A stretch of DNA of 64,000 nucleotides, taken from the NCBI GenBank assembly GCA_028282585.1, contig JANQHR010000020.1:1-64000 (forward strand). Reading direction: 5' to 3'. This document shows, in pieces, positions 9,868 to 20,559 of this stretch (within the stretch, counting starts at the first letter, position 1; each line of letters opens with the position of its first letter). A program made the translations under genes and the position numbers. The notes beneath the pieces are model-generated. The model worked only from the letters and a program-made list of their open reading frames with translations. It made no database searches and had not been told where the DNA came from. This DNA is from Bacteroidales bacterium (lineage in GTDB: Bacteria > Bacteroidota > Bacteroidia > Bacteroidales > UBA12077).

Positions 9868-11190
9868 TTATTGGATGTCTTTTAATAATTTTGTTCCTCT
9901 TGCATTTTGAACGGCTATATCAAAGTCATTCAACAACTTTATTATTTGGTCCTTTTCCGTTGATGCAATGGCCAATATTCTATCTGTACCCCTATGATCA
10001 ATTGCATTTAATACATAACTAACGGATAATATATTCGTATCAACTGCAGGTTGGTATGCTGTTTCCTTTTCATATTGTGTATTAACTTCGGATAAAATTC
10101 CACTATCAACTAAAATATAAAGAATATCACGGACTGATCGAATTGGAATCTCCAACCTTTTGCTTATGTTTTCAGCTGTCATTGCTTTTTCGCCTTTTGC
10201 AAAATTTTTAATTAACAAATGAGCAACCATTAATGTTAATACACGCCAACTAAATGGGCTCAAGCTATGTGTATCAGGTTCAAATTCATATTTCTCCACA
10301 TTTTGCACGGCAAATGAGATTTCTGCGCCGAAAAGAACAATTAGCCAGCTCATTTGCAGCCAAATAAGAAATAATGGCAATGCTGCAAAACTTCCATATA
10401 TTGCATTATATTTCGAAACTCCAACTTGAAAATGAATATATACCCATTGTATAAATACAAATGCAGTTCCTGATATAATTCCTGCTACAAATGCAGACTT
10501 AAAGTTCACCTTCGTATTAGGCATTACCATATAAACCATTGTTAAAAGCAACCAAATAAGAACATAAGGGATAAGCTTTATTAAAAGAAACAATAATGGG
10601 CTTAAAACACCTACAATTGCACTTTCAGCAGCCAATTCTTTTAACATTGTTGATATAAAAACAGTTGCACTACTTGAAGAAACTAACAAAATTGGCGCAA
10701 TGATCAACATAGATATATAATCACTAAATTTTCTGAACCAGTTTCTACCCTGCCGTATTTGCCAAATTGCATTAAATGAGCTTTCAATATTTCCAAATAC
10801 TTTCATTACCGACCATATAAGTATAATTGCACCTATACCGGCTATTAAACCTCCTTTTGTATTTTCAAGAAAAGAGTTAGAAAATTGAATAATGTACTCT
10901 AAAACTTCTTGTTGCCCGGCAAACTGTTCATTCAGGTACCTTGTTAATTGCTTCTCGATTCCAACCATTTTTGAAATTCCAAAAGCCATTGCTGCTACGG
11001 GGACAACCGATAGCATTGAATAAAATGTTAAGGCTGATGAACGTAAACTTACTTTATCTTCATTATAACCCCGAAAAGCTAACAACAGAATGCGTACTAC
11101 TTTTATTAAAATAACCTGATACTTAGGCATATCTTTAAATGTAATACGCCAAATATCTTTTCTAATAAAATTTAAAGCCTTTTGCAACAT
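9868..11190 (-). CDS. YihY/BrkB family membrane protein with C-terminal wHTH-like region
   Basis: SALTFYSMLSVVP, IESSFNAIW, YNAIYGSFAALPLFLIW. Confidence 0.85.
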   Translation of the reverse strand: MLQKALNFIRKDIWRITFKDMPKYQVILIKVVRILLLAFRGYNEDKVSLRSSALTFYSMLSVVPVAAMAFGISKMVGIEKQLTRYLNEQFAGQQEVLEYIIQFSNSFLENTKGGLIAGIGAIILIWSVMKVFGNIESSFNAIWQIRQGRNWFRKFSDYISMLIIAPILLVSSSSATVFISTMLKELAAESAIVGVLSPLLFLLIKLIPYVLIWLLLTMVYMVMPNTKVNFKSAFVAGIISGTAFVFIQWVYIHFQVGVSKYNAIYGSFAALPLFLIWLQMSWLIVLFGAEISFAVQNVEKYEFEPDTHSLSPFSWRVLTLMVAHLLIKNFAKGEKAMTAENISKRLEIPIRSVRDILYILVDSGILSEVNTQYEKETAYQPAVDTNILSVSYVLNAIDHRGTDRILAIASTEKDQIIKLLNDFDIAVQNARGTKLLKDIQ

Positions 11191-11283
11191 TATCTTATGT
11201 GTTTGGATTTAAGCATAAAAATAAGAATTTCCTGCCTTTAAAATCGATTTGAGCCTATTTTTCGCATAAATTTGTTAAACTCC

Positions 11284-11992
11284 ATGGCCGAATCAATTTT
11301 AAATATCAACTCACAAATTAAGCATTGTAAGTATTGCCGCTTATACGAAACAAGGCTAAATGCTGTTTGTGGTGAAGGAATAATTCCTTCAAAATTTATG
11401 ATAATTGCTCAAGCTCCAGGAAGAATGGAGGATCAAGAAGGTGAAATATTAATTGGACCATCAGGCAAGGTATTCAATAGTTTGTTGGAACAAGTTCAAC
11501 TAAAACGCAAAGAAACTTATCTGACTAACTTGATTAAATGCTTTTTACCTAAATGCAGGAAGCCAAAAAGTGATGAATTAATTACTTGCAATGAGCTATA
11601 CTTAGAAAAAGAAATTGAGTTGGTAAAACCGGAAATAATTGTTACCCTTGGTTATGAAATTTATATTTAAACGATTTGATTTAAAAGTACCTACCCGCAT
11701 AGGATTCAGAAAATCATTTGGAAAGATATTCGTAGCTAAAAACAGAAAAATTGTTCCTGTAAGGCATCCTGCAACCGTTGTACATGAAAGCAAACAGTTC
11801 TCCAAGTTGGTTGAAGATTATAAAATCCTTAAAACACTTCAATCAAACTGCCCATTAATTGATTCATGTGCACAATATCGACGCTTTGAAGAGGGATTAA
11901 TTCCACATGAATTCGTGGAATTGCATTGTTATGGTGACTGGAAAAACTGTAAATATTTTCAAAAAGAAAGGTATGTCCAAAAAGTACAATAG
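11284..11992 (+). pseudogene. Family 4 uracil-DNA glycosylase, frameshifted near 11650-11660
   Basis: ORF1 has CKYCRL, AQAPG, GPSG, TNLIKC and KPEIIVTLG. ORF2, in another frame, has the C-terminal RHPA motif and a Cys-rich tail. Confidence 0.75.
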
Positions 11993-12014
11993 TTGAATTT
12001 TGTTCGTATTTTCT

Positions 12015-12108
12015 ACTTTGAGTAACTTTGTGTCGTCTTTGTGGTTCTCTGTGTAACAGTCTTTTATAATTATACCACGTTTCACAAAACAAACACAAAG
12101 AACACCAG
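12015..12108. repeat. Short ~10-bp CTTTGTG-type repeats with inverted CACAAA copies
   Basis: CTTTG/CTCTG at 12016, 12026, 12037 and 12047; CACAAA at 12083 and 12094; located between convergent genes. Confidence 0.45.
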
Positions 12109-12147
12109 GACTTTTTGGACAACGCCATTATTCAATTTTAGTATAAT

Positions 12148-14589
12148 CTATTCGTACTTTAGAACATTAACCGGATTTTTATGCGCTAACCGGATTGCAT
12201 GATAAACAACTGTAATAAAAGCAATTATAATAGACACTAACACAGCTAACAACCATGAAAACACCGAAATATTCGTTTTATATGCAAAACTTTGCATCCA
12301 GTTAGTAATAAACCAGTATGCTAACGGTAATGCTATAATTATTGAAATAAATATAAATGTCATAAATTTAAATGACTGAGCCTTTATAATGGAAATATTT
12401 GAAGCACCGAGTACTTTACGAACTCCAATTTCTTTCGTTTTCAGTTCTGCATTATAAGCTGTTATACCAAATAGCCCTAAACAAGCAATAAAGATGGTAA
12501 AGATGGTAAAAGCCTTAAATAAATTACTCATTCTTGTTTCTGAAGTATAGTAAGAATCCAAATAATCATCAACGAAGGTGTAATTTATGATAGCGTCAGG
12601 AACTATTCCTTTTATTGTTTTTATTATTTGATCTAAGCTTTCTTTAACATTACCCGGATTAATTCTAATAATAACGTTGCTTAAAGCCCAACCACGCATT
12701 TCATCATCCATACAGTAATGTAAAACCAACGGTTCAACATTATTATGTAAAGATTCATAATGAAAATCTTCAATTACGCCAACTATTCTACCATTACTTC
12801 CGAACATTGGATCTGCTTCCCAACCAATCGGATTTTCCAACTGCAATATATTCACTGCTTGCTCACTTAAAACAAACAAGCTCTGTTGTGGAAATTCGTC
12901 GGTAACATCTTCTCCTTCAATAACATTTAATTCCATTGTTTTAATATAATCTTTACAAACCCTATTTACCCTCATTGCATGATTCGATAATTCAATATCC
13001 CGATTTAAAATTATCAGCTGTTCTACACTTAAACCTTGGCCCGGTAAATTATTGCTATAACACATATTTTTAACAACAGGCAATCTTTTTATTTCTTCCT
13101 TAAATGAAATAGAATTATCATAGATATGTTGGCCCAAACTACCGGTCACATTTAATCTCACAAGATTTTCCTTATTAAATCCAAGATTTTTATTTTGAAA
13201 ATACCTCATTTGCTTGTAGATTCCAATAGTTGAAAAGATCATGAAAATTGAAATTACAAACTGAAAAACAAGCAAAGCTTTCCTAATTCTGTGTGATTTA
13301 TTACTCGGATCGTTAATTCCTTTAACTGCCATAATAGGGTTAAATCTTGTAATAAAAAATGCCGGATAAATTCCAGATAGTAATCCAATGGATAGAACCA
13401 TCAGAATAAAATACAACAAATTAATAGTCTTAATAAATGATGTAAATTCAAATTGCTGACCTGCTAAACCATTGTAATAAGGTAAAGCAATATCAATAAA
13501 AAGTATCGCTAACAAACCACCTAAAATAGCAGTTAATAATGCTTCGGATAATATCTGTATTTTCAACTGAAACCTGGAAGAACCATTTATTTTCTTTACG
13601 CCAATTTCTTTAGTTCGTTTCAATGCCAAAGATGTAGCTATATTTACATAGTTTGATGCAACTACAATTAGTATAAATACTATAGAAATAATAAAAATAT
13701 AGATGTATGTAATGTTTCCGTTAACTGTTGCTTCACCATCCATATCAGAATGTAAATGAATATCAGTAATAGGTATTAAACTTAGCTCTGTACTTTGCAA
13801 TATATCCGAAGGATTTTCGTAATCCTGAGTTCTATAAAATACCGTAAAGTCATCCATTCTTTCTAATACACTTTCAATATCTGCTGATTCTTTTAGCTTA
13901 ACATAATTAAACATTCCTGCCCAGCCTCGTGCATAATATAAATCAACATAACCCCAACTAAGAATATCTTTTTTAAATTTTTTAAACGGCATAAAGTATT
14001 CGTAGTAGAGATGAGTACTTTGTTTACAATCCGGAAAAACGCCTTTAACTGTATATAAATTACCTATTGTTTCAATTTGCTTACCAATGGCGCTTTCATT
14101 CCCAAAATACTTTTTAGCTAAAGATTCGGAAATAAGCAATGAATTAATGTCTGAATAAAAATCATCAGGAGTACCTTCGATAAGTTGTAAACCAAACACT
14201 TCGAATATGGATGAATCAGCATGAAAGCCATTATCTTCTTCAAATTGAATCACATCGCCGTTCTTTGGTTTATAAAAAAACGTCATGCTACTTGCTTGTC
14301 TTAGTCTTACCGCACTTTCCACTTCAGGAAAAAACTTTGGTAGCTCATAAATTAATTGAGATGATGTCTGAGCCCATTCTCTTCCGTTATCACCATAATT
14401 TTGACTGGAAACTCGAAATACTCTTTCTGAGGCCGGAATATGCTTGTCGTAACTCAGTTCGTATCGAATATGCATTAGTAATATCATACTAACTGCAATA
14501 CCCAAGGCCATACCTAAAATATTCAGTATGGTTGTTAGCTTTTGATTAAATGCAACTCTAATTGCTGTAACTATAAAATTTCTAAACAT
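12148..14589 (-). CDS. ABC transporter permease, MacB/FtsX type
   Basis: ELSYDKH, KRTKEIGVKKING, KEIGVRKVLGAS, NPVNVLKYE. Confidence 0.9.
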   Translation of the reverse strand: MFRNFIVTAIRVAFNQKLTTILNILGMALGIAVSMILLMHIRYELSYDKHIPASERVFRVSSQNYGDNGREWAQTSSQLIYELPKFFPEVESAVRLRQASSMTFFYKPKNGDVIQFEEDNGFHADSSIFEVFGLQLIEGTPDDFYSDINSLLISESLAKKYFGNESAIGKQIETIGNLYTVKGVFPDCKQSTHLYYEYFMPFKKFKKDILSWGYVDLYYARGWAGMFNYVKLKESADIESVLERMDDFTVFYRTQDYENPSDILQSTELSLIPITDIHLHSDMDGEATVNGNITYIYIFIISIVFILIVVASNYVNIATSLALKRTKEIGVKKINGSSRFQLKIQILSEALLTAILGGLLAILFIDIALPYYNGLAGQQFEFTSFIKTINLLYFILMVLSIGLLSGIYPAFFITRFNPIMAVKGINDPSNKSHRIRKALLVFQFVISIFMIFSTIGIYKQMRYFQNKNLGFNKENLVRLNVTGSLGQHIYDNSISFKEEIKRLPVVKNMCYSNNLPGQGLSVEQLIILNRDIELSNHAMRVNRVCKDYIKTMELNVIEGEDVTDEFPQQSLFVLSEQAVNILQLENPIGWEADPMFGSNGRIVGVIEDFHYESLHNNVEPLVLHYCMDDEMRGWALSNVIIRINPGNVKESLDQIIKTIKGIVPDAIINYTFVDDYLDSYYTSETRMSNLFKAFTIFTIFIACLGLFGITAYNAELKTKEIGVRKVLGASNISIIKAQSFKFMTFIFISIIIALPLAYWFITNWMQSFAYKTNISVFSWLLAVLVSIIIAFITVVYHAIRLAHKNPVNVLKYE

Positions 14590-14616
14590 AATTTTAAATA
14601 TTGTTTAGATTATATA

Positions 14617-14632
14617 TTCGAATTTTATACCA
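14617..14632 (-). promoter_or_regulatory. Putative sigma54 (-24/-12) promoter of the permease
   Basis: TGGTATA-AAAT-TCGA with GG and G at canonical spacing; an NtrC-family gene is adjacent. Confidence 0.55.
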
Positions 14633-14695
14633 CAAAGTACATGTGCCTATTTTACAATTCTTTACAAAAATAGCGTAAGTCAAAATATCCCATTT

Positions 14696-14733
14696 TGTCC
14701 ATTTGTGGACAAAGTGAAGTCCATAAATGAACA
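14696..14733. promoter_or_regulatory. Tandem 16-bp palindromic boxes (putative enhancer-binding sites)
   Basis: TGTCCATTTGTGGACA (14696) and AGTCCATAAATGAACA (14718), 22 bp apart. Confidence 0.65.
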
Positions 14734-14774
14734 ATTCATTAAATTTACTAAATTTGTTTCAGACATTTCGTAAG

Positions 14775-16160
14775 ATGAAAAAAACTAAAGCAAATATACT
14801 TATTGTTGATGATGATCCGCATATATTATTTTCATTGCAGACCTTGCTAGAAAAGTACTTTTTACATATTTATACCGAAAAAACTCCAAAGAAAATTCCT
14901 TCTATTTTAGCTGAAAAGGAACTAGATGTAATTATTCTTGACATGAACTATTCATACGGTGAAACTTCTGGTAATGAGGGCATTGAATGGATTAAGAAAA
15001 TTCAAAAAATTGACTCAAACATAAGTATTGTTCCTATTACAGCGTATGGAGGTGTAAATATGGCTGTAGAATCGTTAAAATCAGGAGCTATTGATTTTGT
15101 TGTTAAACCCTGGCAAAACGAAAAGATTGTATCAACCATTACAGCTGCCCTTAATTATGCAAAATCAAAAAGAAATATCACTGTTTTAAAGGAGCAAAAG
15201 GCAGTATTAAACAAAACATCCTCCAGTTTACCTAATGATTTTATTGGTGAATCGGATAGCATGCAAAAAATATTTGATAAAATTAATAGAGTATCCGAAA
15301 CAGATGCCAATGTTTTAATTTTAGGCGAAAATGGTACTGGAAAAGAGCTTGTTGCTCGTTCAATACATAATCTATCTGAGAGAAAGAATGAATCATTTGT
15401 GAATGTTGACCTGGGAAGTATTTCCGAATCTTTATTTGAGTCGGAACTTTTTGGACTTACCAAAGGAGCATTTACAGATGCCAAAGAAACGAAACTAGGA
15501 CGATTTGAAGCTGCAAACCAAGGAACTTTATTTTTAGATGAAATTGGTAATATACCTTTAGGTTTGCAGTCAAAATTATTATCGGTACTTCAAAACAGGG
15601 AAATTTTTAAAGTAGGAAGTAGTAAAGCTTGCCCTATAGATATTCGATTAATTTCTGCAACTAATCAAAATATTTACAATTTAGTAAATGAAGGATTATT
15701 CAGAAATGATCTTCTATACAGAATAAACACGGTAGAAATTCTATTACCTCCTTTAAGGAATAGAATTGAAGATATTCCATTGATAGGTAATTACTTTATT
15801 GGGAGATATTCGCTGAAATATAAAAAGAAAATTAATCCATTATCGCAAAAGCTTATAAACTATTTGCAGAAATATGATTGGCCCGGAAATATAAGAGAAC
15901 TTCAGCATAGTATTGAACGTGCTGTCATTCTTTGTAATAAAACTGATTTAATCTCTGAAGATTTTCAATTTAGAAACTCTTTAGGTAATAATGAACAAAT
16001 GCAATTTGATGATTTTAATCTGGATAGAATCGAAAAATGGGCCATTGAAAATTGTCTTGAGAAACATAATGGACATATTACCAAGGCCGCTGAAGAATTA
16101 GGATTAACAAGAGGTGCATTATATAGAAGATTAGAAAAATATGAAATTAAGAAGTATTAA
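14775..16160 (+). CDS. Sigma54-dependent response regulator (NtrC family)
   Basis: REC domain, GENGTGKE, GAFTDA, LFLDEIG, WPGNIREL, Fis-type HTH. TAAATTTG promoter at 14749-14756 supports the 14775 start. Confidence 0.9.
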   Translation: MKKTKANILIVDDDPHILFSLQTLLEKYFLHIYTEKTPKKIPSILAEKELDVIILDMNYSYGETSGNEGIEWIKKIQKIDSNISIVPITAYGGVNMAVESLKSGAIDFVVKPWQNEKIVSTITAALNYAKSKRNITVLKEQKAVLNKTSSSLPNDFIGESDSMQKIFDKINRVSETDANVLILGENGTGKELVARSIHNLSERKNESFVNVDLGSISESLFESELFGLTKGAFTDAKETKLGRFEAANQGTLFLDEIGNIPLGLQSKLLSVLQNREIFKVGSSKACPIDIRLISATNQNIYNLVNEGLFRNDLLYRINTVEILLPPLRNRIEDIPLIGNYFIGRYSLKYKKKINPLSQKLINYLQKYDWPGNIRELQHSIERAVILCNKTDLISEDFQFRNSLGNNEQMQFDDFNLDRIEKWAIENCLEKHNGHITKAAEELGLTRGALYRRLEKYEIKKY

Positions 16161-17484
16161 ATTAAAAATACTTTTAAGGATTTTGTTATTAGCAGTATCC
16201 TTCTTTTTAGTTAGCTATTTAATATTTGAAACAGAAAGTTTCGTACAAGCAATTTATGCATCCTTTTTACCAATTATTTTCAGCATTGAGCTTTATTTAT
16301 ACATTGATAGAAATAACAAACGGATAAAAAACTATTTAAATGCTATTGAACTGGATGATTTGAGTATTAAAATGCCCGAAAATATTCCAGATAAGAGTTT
16401 TTTAGACTTAAATAAATCTTTAAACAAATTCAGTAACAAATTAGAAACTCTCAGAAAAGATAGTATTGCCCAATTCTATTTTATCGACGCTCTTGTAAAA
16501 AAAGCTCAGGTTGGTTTGCTGGTTATCGATCAGAATGATACGATCTATTTTGTAAATGAATCGTTTGCCAAACTTATTGGAAAACCAAGAATTCAACTCC
16601 ACCAATCTGCCAGTGAAGAAATTCCAATGATCTGGAAATCAATTCAGAACCTTAATTTAAACGATAAAAAATCAATTGATATAAAAATCCACGAGTTAAG
16701 CAGTGTATTACTTTTTCAGGTTTCTGAGTTTATAATTGACAATCAGAAGTATAGATTGTATTCTGCACAAAATATAAAATCTGAATTAGAAAATACAGAA
16801 ATTGAAGCCTGGAAGAAACTAATTCGTATACTTTCTCACGAAATCCTTAATTCTGCTTCACCTATTCTCTCTTTAAGTAATAGTTTATCAGACTTAATTC
16901 AAGATCATGAGATTAATCAGGATAAATTAATAGCTAAAATTACTGAGGGATTGGATGTTATAAACCAAAGAAGTTCAGGACTTATTAAATTTACCAATGC
17001 ATTTAGTACTATTTCAAAACTTCCGAATCCAGAGAAAATTGAAGTTCAAACCAAAGAATTATTTCAAAAACTAAAACTTTTATTTCAAAATGAATTAAGC
17101 AATAAAGAAATTGATTTTGAATTTAAGGTTTATCCCAAAGCGGAAAAATTATTTATTGATCACTATCAAATTGAACAAGTATTTATAAACTTAATAAAAA
17201 ACTCTATTGAATCATTTAAAAATAAAGATGATCAAAGAATTATTATAAAGGCTTTTAACCAAAACAAGTTTATAAGAATTGAAATTATCGATAATGGTTC
17301 CGGAATTTCGGAAGATAAACTAGACAAAGTCTTTTTACCGTTTTTCACAACAAAAGAAAAAGGAAACGGTATTGGTCTTGCATTATCAAAACAAATATTA
17401 AATCTACACAAAGGAAATATAAATATTGATTCGAAAATAGAACAGGGAACTAAGATTATCCTTGAAGTTCCTATTACGAATTAA
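16141..17484 (+). CDS. Sensor histidine kinase (NtrY-like)
   Basis: WKKLIRILSHEILNS, NLIKNS, DNGSG, PFFTTK, GIGL. Confidence 0.9.
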   Translation: MKLRSIKLKILLRILLLAVSFFLVSYLIFETESFVQAIYASFLPIIFSIELYLYIDRNNKRIKNYLNAIELDDLSIKMPENIPDKSFLDLNKSLNKFSNKLETLRKDSIAQFYFIDALVKKAQVGLLVIDQNDTIYFVNESFAKLIGKPRIQLHQSASEEIPMIWKSIQNLNLNDKKSIDIKIHELSSVLLFQVSEFIIDNQKYRLYSAQNIKSELENTEIEAWKKLIRILSHEILNSASPILSLSNSLSDLIQDHEINQDKLIAKITEGLDVINQRSSGLIKFTNAFSTISKLPNPEKIEVQTKELFQKLKLLFQNELSNKEIDFEFKVYPKAEKLFIDHYQIEQVFINLIKNSIESFKNKDDQRIIIKAFNQNKFIRIEIIDNGSGISEDKLDKVFLPFFTTKEKGNGIGLALSKQILNLHKGNINIDSKIEQGTKIILEVPITN

Positions 17485-17493
17485 AATTTTAAA

Positions 17494-18612
17494 TTATGCT
17501 ACTTTCCTATACTTCCAAACAGCCAGGCTAAGCATAATAGTTCCATAAATTAACAAACTGAAAAATTCGTAAGAGATATCTCTAAATCCTGATCCTTTTA
17601 AAAGAATCATTCGGATAACTCTCATAAAATAGTAAAATGGATTAATGATATTTACCTTTTGAGCCCACGGTGGCATACTTTCGGTCGCAGTAAAAATTCC
17701 GCTCATTAAAATAAAAACCAACATAAAAAAGAATGCAATAAACATAACCTGTTGTTGCGTAGATGAAATGGTTGAAATAAACAAGCCAATTCCTAATACA
17801 ACCATTAAGTAAACAACCGTAAAACCAAATAATAACCCTAAACTTCCAACAATTGGTATATGAAAAAAGAATTTGCCAATTGCCAAACCGAATGCCAATT
17901 CAAATAATGCAATCACCATAAATGGCAAAAGTTTACCTACAATAAACTCAAACTTTTTAATTGGCGTAACATTCAATTGTTCAATGGTACCCACTTCTTT
18001 CTCGCGGACTATGTTCATAGCAGTTAAAAACATACTTATCATTGTAACCAGTATAACGAGTATTCCGGGCAACATATATATCTTGTAATTTAGTTCAGGA
18101 TTATACCAGTAAGTTGTCTCAATATTTATCGGTTCAAGGTTCGCTACCGAAGGCATTTGGGTTAAATCTACCATTATATTTCTATTAAAACCTGAGATTA
18201 CTGCTGACGAATATGCATTAATTAAACTCGCCGTGGTTCCATTAATTCCATCTATTAATAATTGCACCTCGGTTTCATTTTCCCGAATTAAATCACGTTC
18301 AAAACCATAAGGAATTTGTACTATGACATCTGTTTTGTTTTTTTCCAAGGTTTCAAGTGCTTTATCCAAAGAGAAAGATACCCCGTTAATGTTATAAAAC
18401 GGCGAACCATCAAACTTATTAATTAGTTTATGCGACATGCTTGAAAGGTCTTTATCAATCACATACATGTCAATCGATTTCATTTCTAAAGTTGCTGCAT
18501 GCACTAATATTACAAGTTGAATAATCGGGACTCCAAGAATCATTGGAAGCATGGTTTTATCCCTAAATACCTGTATAAATTCTTTTTGTAGTATGTATTT
18601 AATTTTTCTCAT
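17494..18612 (-). CDS. ABC-2 type permease (YbhR-like)
   Basis: KEFIQVFRD, IVREKEVGTIEQLNVTP. Confidence 0.9.
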   Translation of the reverse strand: MRKIKYILQKEFIQVFRDKTMLPMILGVPIIQLVILVHAATLEMKSIDMYVIDKDLSSMSHKLINKFDGSPFYNINGVSFSLDKALETLEKNKTDVIVQIPYGFERDLIRENETEVQLLIDGINGTTASLINAYSSAVISGFNRNIMVDLTQMPSVANLEPINIETTYWYNPELNYKIYMLPGILVILVTMISMFLTAMNIVREKEVGTIEQLNVTPIKKFEFIVGKLLPFMVIALFELAFGLAIGKFFFHIPIVGSLGLLFGFTVVYLMVVLGIGLFISTISSTQQQVMFIAFFFMLVFILMSGIFTATESMPPWAQKVNIINPFYYFMRVIRMILLKGSGFRDISYEFFSLLIYGTIMLSLAVWKYRKVA

Positions 18613-18641
18613 TACTGTAATCTTTAAGCATAAATACTTTT

Positions 18642-19748
18642 TTATTCCAATCTCACTTTAAATTTTTTAACGCTCATCATAAGAAAAAACAAGGTCATTC
18701 CAGCAATTATCAAAGTTTCCTTCCATATAACACCTATTCCTGAACCTTTAATCATTATATTCTTTATAATGGTTATAAAATATTTGGCAGGCATTATAGC
18801 GCTAACCCATTGTAGTAATTTAGGCATATTTTCTATAGGAAAAATAAAGCCTGAAAGCAGCATGGTAGGCAACATTAGAGCAAACATGGAAATGAACATA
18901 GCAACCATTTGGCTGTTACTTGCAGTCGATATTAAGATACCTAAAGAAAGTGCCATAAAAATAAACAGCAATGTTTCGGTTAATAAAAAAATAAGGCTTC
19001 CTTGTATTGGCATCTCAAAAACGAAGAAGCTTAAAGCAATAATAATAATTGCATTAATAAATGATAACACCATATATGGAATTACTTTCCCAATTACAAT
19101 TGGCAGTGGTTTTAAAGGAGAAACCAAGAGGACTTCCATAGTTCCCATTTCTTTTTCACGGGCAATGGAAATGGATGTCATCATAGCTGACACAAGCATT
19201 AAAATTAAAGCCATTGTGCCGGGAACAAACATATACACTCCTTTTAATTCATCGTTATAAAGCATTCGTACCTCGGGATTAATTTGATAAGTTAAACCCT
19301 CAGCCCAGAGCTCTTCTCTCATATAACTATTAATAATGGATTCAGTATAGTTAGCTACTATATTTGCGGTATTTGCATCAGATGCGTCGGCAATAATTTG
19401 TATAGAAGCTGAACCCTCCCGTTCTAATTTCTGGGCAAAATTTTGTTCAAATACAATTACTTCGCGAATAATGCCCTTTTTAAATGCATCTTCAATCTCT
19501 TTATCCGAATCCAAATTATCGCTCAGAATAAAAAAACCAGAGGCAGTAATTTTATTGGTTATTTCTTTGGTTATATGATCTTTTGATTTATCATAAACTC
19601 CAATTTTCACATCATTAATTTCATTGGAAACCACATAACCGAAAATTAAGATTTGTGCAATGGGCATACCAAATAGTATGAGCATCGTGCGGGGGTCTCT
19701 GAATATGTGGTGGAATTCTTTTTTAACAAATCCTATGAATCTCTTCAT
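18642..19748 (-). CDS. ABC-2 type permease (YbhS-like)
   Basis: KEFHHIFRD, IAREKEMGTMEVLLVSP. Confidence 0.9.
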   Translation of the reverse strand: MKRFIGFVKKEFHHIFRDPRTMLILFGMPIAQILIFGYVVSNEINDVKIGVYDKSKDHITKEITNKITASGFFILSDNLDSDKEIEDAFKKGIIREVIVFEQNFAQKLEREGSASIQIIADASDANTANIVANYTESIINSYMREELWAEGLTYQINPEVRMLYNDELKGVYMFVPGTMALILMLVSAMMTSISIAREKEMGTMEVLLVSPLKPLPIVIGKVIPYMVLSFINAIIIIALSFFVFEMPIQGSLIFLLTETLLFIFMALSLGILISTASNSQMVAMFISMFALMLPTMLLSGFIFPIENMPKLLQWVSAIMPAKYFITIIKNIMIKGSGIGVIWKETLIIAGMTLFFLMMSVKKFKVRLE

Positions 19749-19821
19749 TCTTTTCTTTTTAATAAAGTTTATACCAGGAATAATCTTTAATGCTTATAAA
19801 CAAACTATTAAGCACTAGCTT

Positions 19822-20553
19822 CTAACGAGCAATTTTTAAAAATACCTCATCCATATTTTGCGCATTAAATTGGCCCTTTAATTCAACAGGTGTACCTAAG
19901 CCTTCTATACTTCCCCTGTCCATTATTGAAACACGGCCACAGTATTCTGCTTCATCCATATAATGCGTTGTTACAAATACTGTTATTCCTTCATGCGAAG
20001 CTTCGTAAATCATTTCCCAGAAATCTCGGCGTGTAATGGGGTCAACACCTCCGGTGGGTTCATCCAGAAAAACGATCTTAGGGCTATGAAAAATAGCAAC
20101 GGAAAAAGCAATCTTTTGTTTCCAACCTAATGGCAAAGAACTGATTAATGAATTTTGGATATCTCTCATTTTTAACCTATCCAGTAATGACTCTGTCTTT
20201 TCCTTGATGTATTTATTCGATAAACCATAAATACCACCATAAAACCTAATGTTTTCTTTAACAGTCAAATCTTCGTACAAGGAAAACTTTTGGCTCATAT
20301 AACCTATATTCTTTTTTACCTTTTCACGTTCTTTATAAACATCGTAGCCAGCCACATTTACTTCTCCTGACGTTGGATATGATAATCCCGAAAGAATTTT
20401 TATTGCTGTAGTTTTTCCTGCTCCGTTAGCTCCCAGAAATCCAAAAATCTCTCCTTTTTTCACCTCAAATGTCAAATGGTCATTGGCTACAAAATCTCCA
20501 AATTTTTTTACCAAATCTTTAACCTCAATTATATTTTCCGTACTTTTTATCAT
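19822..20553 (-). CDS. ABC transporter ATP-binding protein
   Basis: GANGAGKT, LPLGWKQK, FLDEPTGGVD. Confidence 0.9.
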   Translation of the reverse strand: MIKSTENIIEVKDLVKKFGDFVANDHLTFEVKKGEIFGFLGANGAGKTTAIKILSGLSYPTSGEVNVAGYDVYKEREKVKKNIGYMSQKFSLYEDLTVKENIRFYGGIYGLSNKYIKEKTESLLDRLKMRDIQNSLISSLPLGWKQKIAFSVAIFHSPKIVFLDEPTGGVDPITRRDFWEMIYEASHEGITVFVTTHYMDEAEYCGRVSIMDRGSIEGLGTPVELKGQFNAQNMDEVFLKIAR

Positions 20554-20559
20554 TGCCTC

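Noticed and set aside
11829-12128. Minus-strand ORFs of 99 and 62 aa
   Set aside because: They are antisense to the UDG C-terminal half and run through the CTTTGTG repeats, so they are likely spurious.
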